49,723 bases of DNA from assembly GCA_964652125.1 (NCBI GenBank), contig CAZZAE010000001.1, positions 2,908 to 52,630 of the forward strand. Direction: 5' to 3'. Below are positions 47,356 to 49,723 of the stretch, in pieces. Under the pieces are notes generated by a model. That model was not told the origin of the DNA, ran no database searches, and saw only the letters and a program-made list of their open reading frames with translations. Each line of letters begins with the position of its first letter. Positions within the stretch are counted from its first letter, which is position 1. Position numbers and translations under genes: made by a program. Source of the stretch: an uncultured Candidatus Saccharibacteria bacterium (GTDB lineage: Bacteria > Patescibacteriota > Saccharimonadia > Saccharimonadales > JANWIN01).

Positions 47356-48633
47356 TTATTGCCAGACTCGGATATAGTCAATAAGCATATTGGAAGGCAC
47401 AACTATTGGTGGCGATATGACTGATGAGAGTGCATATTGGCCAACCAGGAATTGCGGTGAGGTTGGCACAGCACTACCAGTCACTTGACCTACTTGGATA
47501 CCATCATAGTAAAACGTTACAGCTGCCGGTTGCCAGTTTGCTCCAAAGGTATGCCAACCGCTGATACTTTTAGCCGCACAGCCACCGGCCTGCAGGGGAG
47601 CGACCGAAGTGCCAAAATGGGTATGGTAACAGTACTGACCACCAAGTGACTCCATAACATCAATTTCTCCAGTAGTTGGCCAAGTACCCGTACCGACAGT
47701 CCAAAATGAATTCCAGTTCTGTGGAGTGGTACTGCCTGCTGGTGAAACCCAAACACGAGCTTCCATATAGCCATAAGTAAATGTGTAATGGTTAGCGCTC
47801 TGGACTAATCCCGAAGCGTAATCGTAAGTGTGGGCATAATCTGGTGGGGTACAAATTTTAGATACAGCTTGCAAGTTTAAGTAACCAGTGCCCTTTTCAC
47901 TTACCTGGGCCGGATCATAACACGAGGCTTCATGGGCATCATTAACTGCTTTGCTAATTTGGGAATCGGTACAACCTGCCCAATGGCACCAGTTTGGTCG
48001 CCATTTGGTTAAATCCAAGCTCGTGTCATTAAACTCATCACTAAACTTCATGTTCCATGTTCCAGGCACTCCCAGGGGCAACGGCCCTACAGGAGCGGGT
48101 TGATAGAATCTGGTCATATCTACGCTCAGAGTTGTATAGCAATTACCATGCCGCTGATTTACATAACCCAAGATAATCGAGTGGGAGCCGACAGCCAGTA
48201 GTTTGCTTACTGGACCGTAAGTTGCCCAGGTGTTAGTTCCTACGGTAGTTGTCTGGGAGGGGTTAGCATCTACATAGACAGTTAGTTTTGGCCATAGGCC
48301 GTTACAACTTGTGGCTTTGGCGACAACATCAAATTGATTACTTGCACTTGGCAAGTTAAAGGTGCCTGTTGCACTTCCGGAAGCTCCAACTAACTTAATC
48401 GCTTGGCTCCCGCTGGCACCACTATCAGCGAAAACGCTTGAACCGACCGGTAGACTGAGTTGTTCCGACTCAGCTGTAGTTACAATCACTTCCGGACCAG
48501 CAGCAAAACTACTCCAAAGGAAGTAACTACCAAAAACACCAAAGAGGAGCGACATGGCAAGAGCCTGTTTGCCAGAAAAACCGTGTCGTTTTTTAGTCAA
48601 CCAAGCTGGGGTATTATTCTGAGATTTCGTCAT
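47356..48633 (-). CDS. secreted GH16 glycoside hydrolase with N-terminal carbohydrate-binding-like module
   Basis: Signal ending SFAA; FSDEF, YGYMEAR, WNSFW, catalytic GEIDVME, WHTFG, IDYIRVWQ. Confidence 0.88.
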   Translation of the reverse strand: MTKSQNNTPAWLTKKRHGFSGKQALAMSLLFGVFGSYFLWSSFAAGPEVIVTTAESEQLSLPVGSSVFADSGASGSQAIKLVGASGSATGTFNLPSASNQFDVVAKATSCNGLWPKLTVYVDANPSQTTTVGTNTWATYGPVSKLLAVGSHSIILGYVNQRHGNCYTTLSVDMTRFYQPAPVGPLPLGVPGTWNMKFSDEFNDTSLDLTKWRPNWCHWAGCTDSQISKAVNDAHEASCYDPAQVSEKGTGYLNLQAVSKICTPPDYAHTYDYASGLVQSANHYTFTYGYMEARVWVSPAGSTTPQNWNSFWTVGTGTWPTTGEIDVMESLGGQYCYHTHFGTSVAPLQAGGCAAKSISGWHTFGANWQPAAVTFYYDGIQVGQVTGSAVPTSPQFLVGQYALSSVISPPIVVPSNMLIDYIRVWQ

Positions 48634-48700
48634 ACATTTACAAGCTTTGAATTAAATATAATAACCATATGCCTGACCTTCACTATTATCTATGCCTCTT

Positions 48701-49723
48701 ATGAAGTCAAGAGATTTATTGGGTTTAGTATACAATACTAAACATAAGTTTAATGAGAGAGGTTTTGTCGTTATTTACTATAAGCGTCTGAGTTTACTGG
48801 TTTTTGCATTTTTATCTATCTTCTTGATATCTTCACCATCAGTTATTGCAGCCAGCGGATATACTTGGCACGATGCTGCAAGTTCCCTTGGCACCCAGCA
48901 CTGGTCGGATATTGCCATGTCAGCTTCAGGTAAATACCAAACTGCCACAGTCTATACTGGTGACATATATAACTCCCATGATTATGGAGTTACTTGGACT
49001 AATGTCACCAATGGTCTAAGGCCCCGAAGATGGATCAGTGTAACATCATCATGGTCAGGCAAATATATGGCGGTTGTTAATGCCAATGCCGGAATTTTTA
49101 TCTCCAATGATTACGGCGTGACCTGGGTTAACAAAACAGATAGTTTGCCCATTGGTGATCTATCTTGGTTCTCAATCAGCTCGTCCAAATCGGGTCAGTA
49201 TCTCGCAGCTGCGGCATTTGGTTCCGGAATCTTTACATCCAATGATTACGGCGTGACCTGGGTTAATTCAACGTCTAGCCCACTTACCAGCAAATTATGG
49301 GATGGTGTAGCCATTTCCTCAACTGGACAATATATTATTGCCACTGCTGCTGGAAATGACGTTTATACCTCATCGGACTTCGGATTGACATGGCTTGACG
49401 CAACTAGTGGGCTTGGTCACAAAGGTTGGTTTGGTTCGTCCATATCAGCAGATGGAAAATATTTAGAGGCAGTAGTAAATGGTGGAGATATCTATACCTC
49501 AAGCGACTACGGTACAACTTGGGTAGACAGTAGTAGTAGCCTAGGTTCTAAATCCTGGATAGGTATTTCAAGTTCGGCTAGTGGCCAATACCTTGCGGCT
49601 TCAGCACAAAATAGTGACATCTTTACCTCCAGCGATTTTGGTGCCAACTGGGATGATAATAGCGGACCAGGAAGCCGGGTTTGGAGCGATGTCACCATAA
49701 CACCAAGCGGCCAATATGTTGCT
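48701..49723 (+). CDS. secreted Asp-box/BNR repeat beta-propeller protein (runs off window end)
   Basis: Open frame from ATG 48701 to the window end (absent from the ORF track); hydrophobic signal ending SVIAA; repeats SHDYGVTW, SNDYGVTW x2, SSDFGLTW, SSDYGTTW, SSDFGANW. Confidence 0.85.
   Translation, partial: MKSRDLLGLVYNTKHKFNERGFVVIYYKRLSLLVFAFLSIFLISSPSVIAASGYTWHDAASSLGTQHWSDIAMSASGKYQTATVYTGDIYNSHDYGVTWTNVTNGLRPRRWISVTSSWSGKYMAVVNANAGIFISNDYGVTWVNKTDSLPIGDLSWFSISSSKSGQYLAAAAFGSGIFTSNDYGVTWVNSTSSPLTSKLWDGVAISSTGQYIIATAAGNDVYTSSDFGLTWLDATSGLGHKGWFGSSISADGKYLEAVVNGGDIYTSSDYGTTWVDSSSSLGSKSWIGISSSASGQYLAASAQNSDIFTSSDFGANWDDNSGPGSRVWSDVTITPSGQYVA
49103..49266 (+). repeat. 29-bp exact direct repeat within the BNR gene
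   Basis: TCCAATGATTACGGCGTGACCTGGGTTAA at 49103 and 49238 (135 bp = 45 codons apart). Confidence 0.8.

Noticed and set aside
48749-48790. NERGF resembling a type IV prepilin cleavage site
   Set aside because: No Glu at +5, and KR interrupts the following hydrophobic segment; an SxxAA-type signal fits better
1-49723. Alternative genetic code (TGA=Gly, as in Gracilibacteria)
   Set aside because: Conserved genes translate full-length under code 11 and folD terminates at TGA

Overview
This is a gene-dense, AT-rich bacterial chromosome segment using genetic code 11 (folD ends in TGA). Gene content and style suggest Patescibacteria/CPR, most like Ca. Saccharibacteria (inference). The housekeeping backbone comprises a DEAD-box helicase, rsmA, an Rpf/G5 protein, pcrA, pyk-pgk-tpiA, murD, murI, folD, tRNA-Glu(CTC) and tRNA-Lys(CTT). 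Four accessory blocks interrupt it. (1) 3.3-11.6 kb: a cellulosome-like cohesin/dockerin locus with a membrane-anchored cohesin, a cohesin+dockerin adaptor and two dockerin-bearing cargo proteins. (2) 25.4-31.0 kb: vWA-MoxR-DUF58 followed by a lipoprotein and an LPxTG-like protein. (3) 31.1-40.1 kb: a very AT-rich small-molecule enzyme cluster (amino-acid dehydrogenase, PaaK-like ligase, nitroreductase, Rv1355c/OxzB-like ThiF, methyltransferase) lying between a multi-TM GAF histidine kinase and two stand-alone receivers; this is a candidate signal synthesis-and-sensing system. (4) 43-49.7 kb: a variable region after tRNA-Lys with repeats of the tRNA 3' end bracketing single genes, plus a structured SD-sequestering leader. 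Many genes look leaderless, and five secreted proteins share an unusual N-terminal export motif. No CRISPR array, rRNA, integrase or transposase was seen. All calls come from reading motifs by eye; no searches were run.
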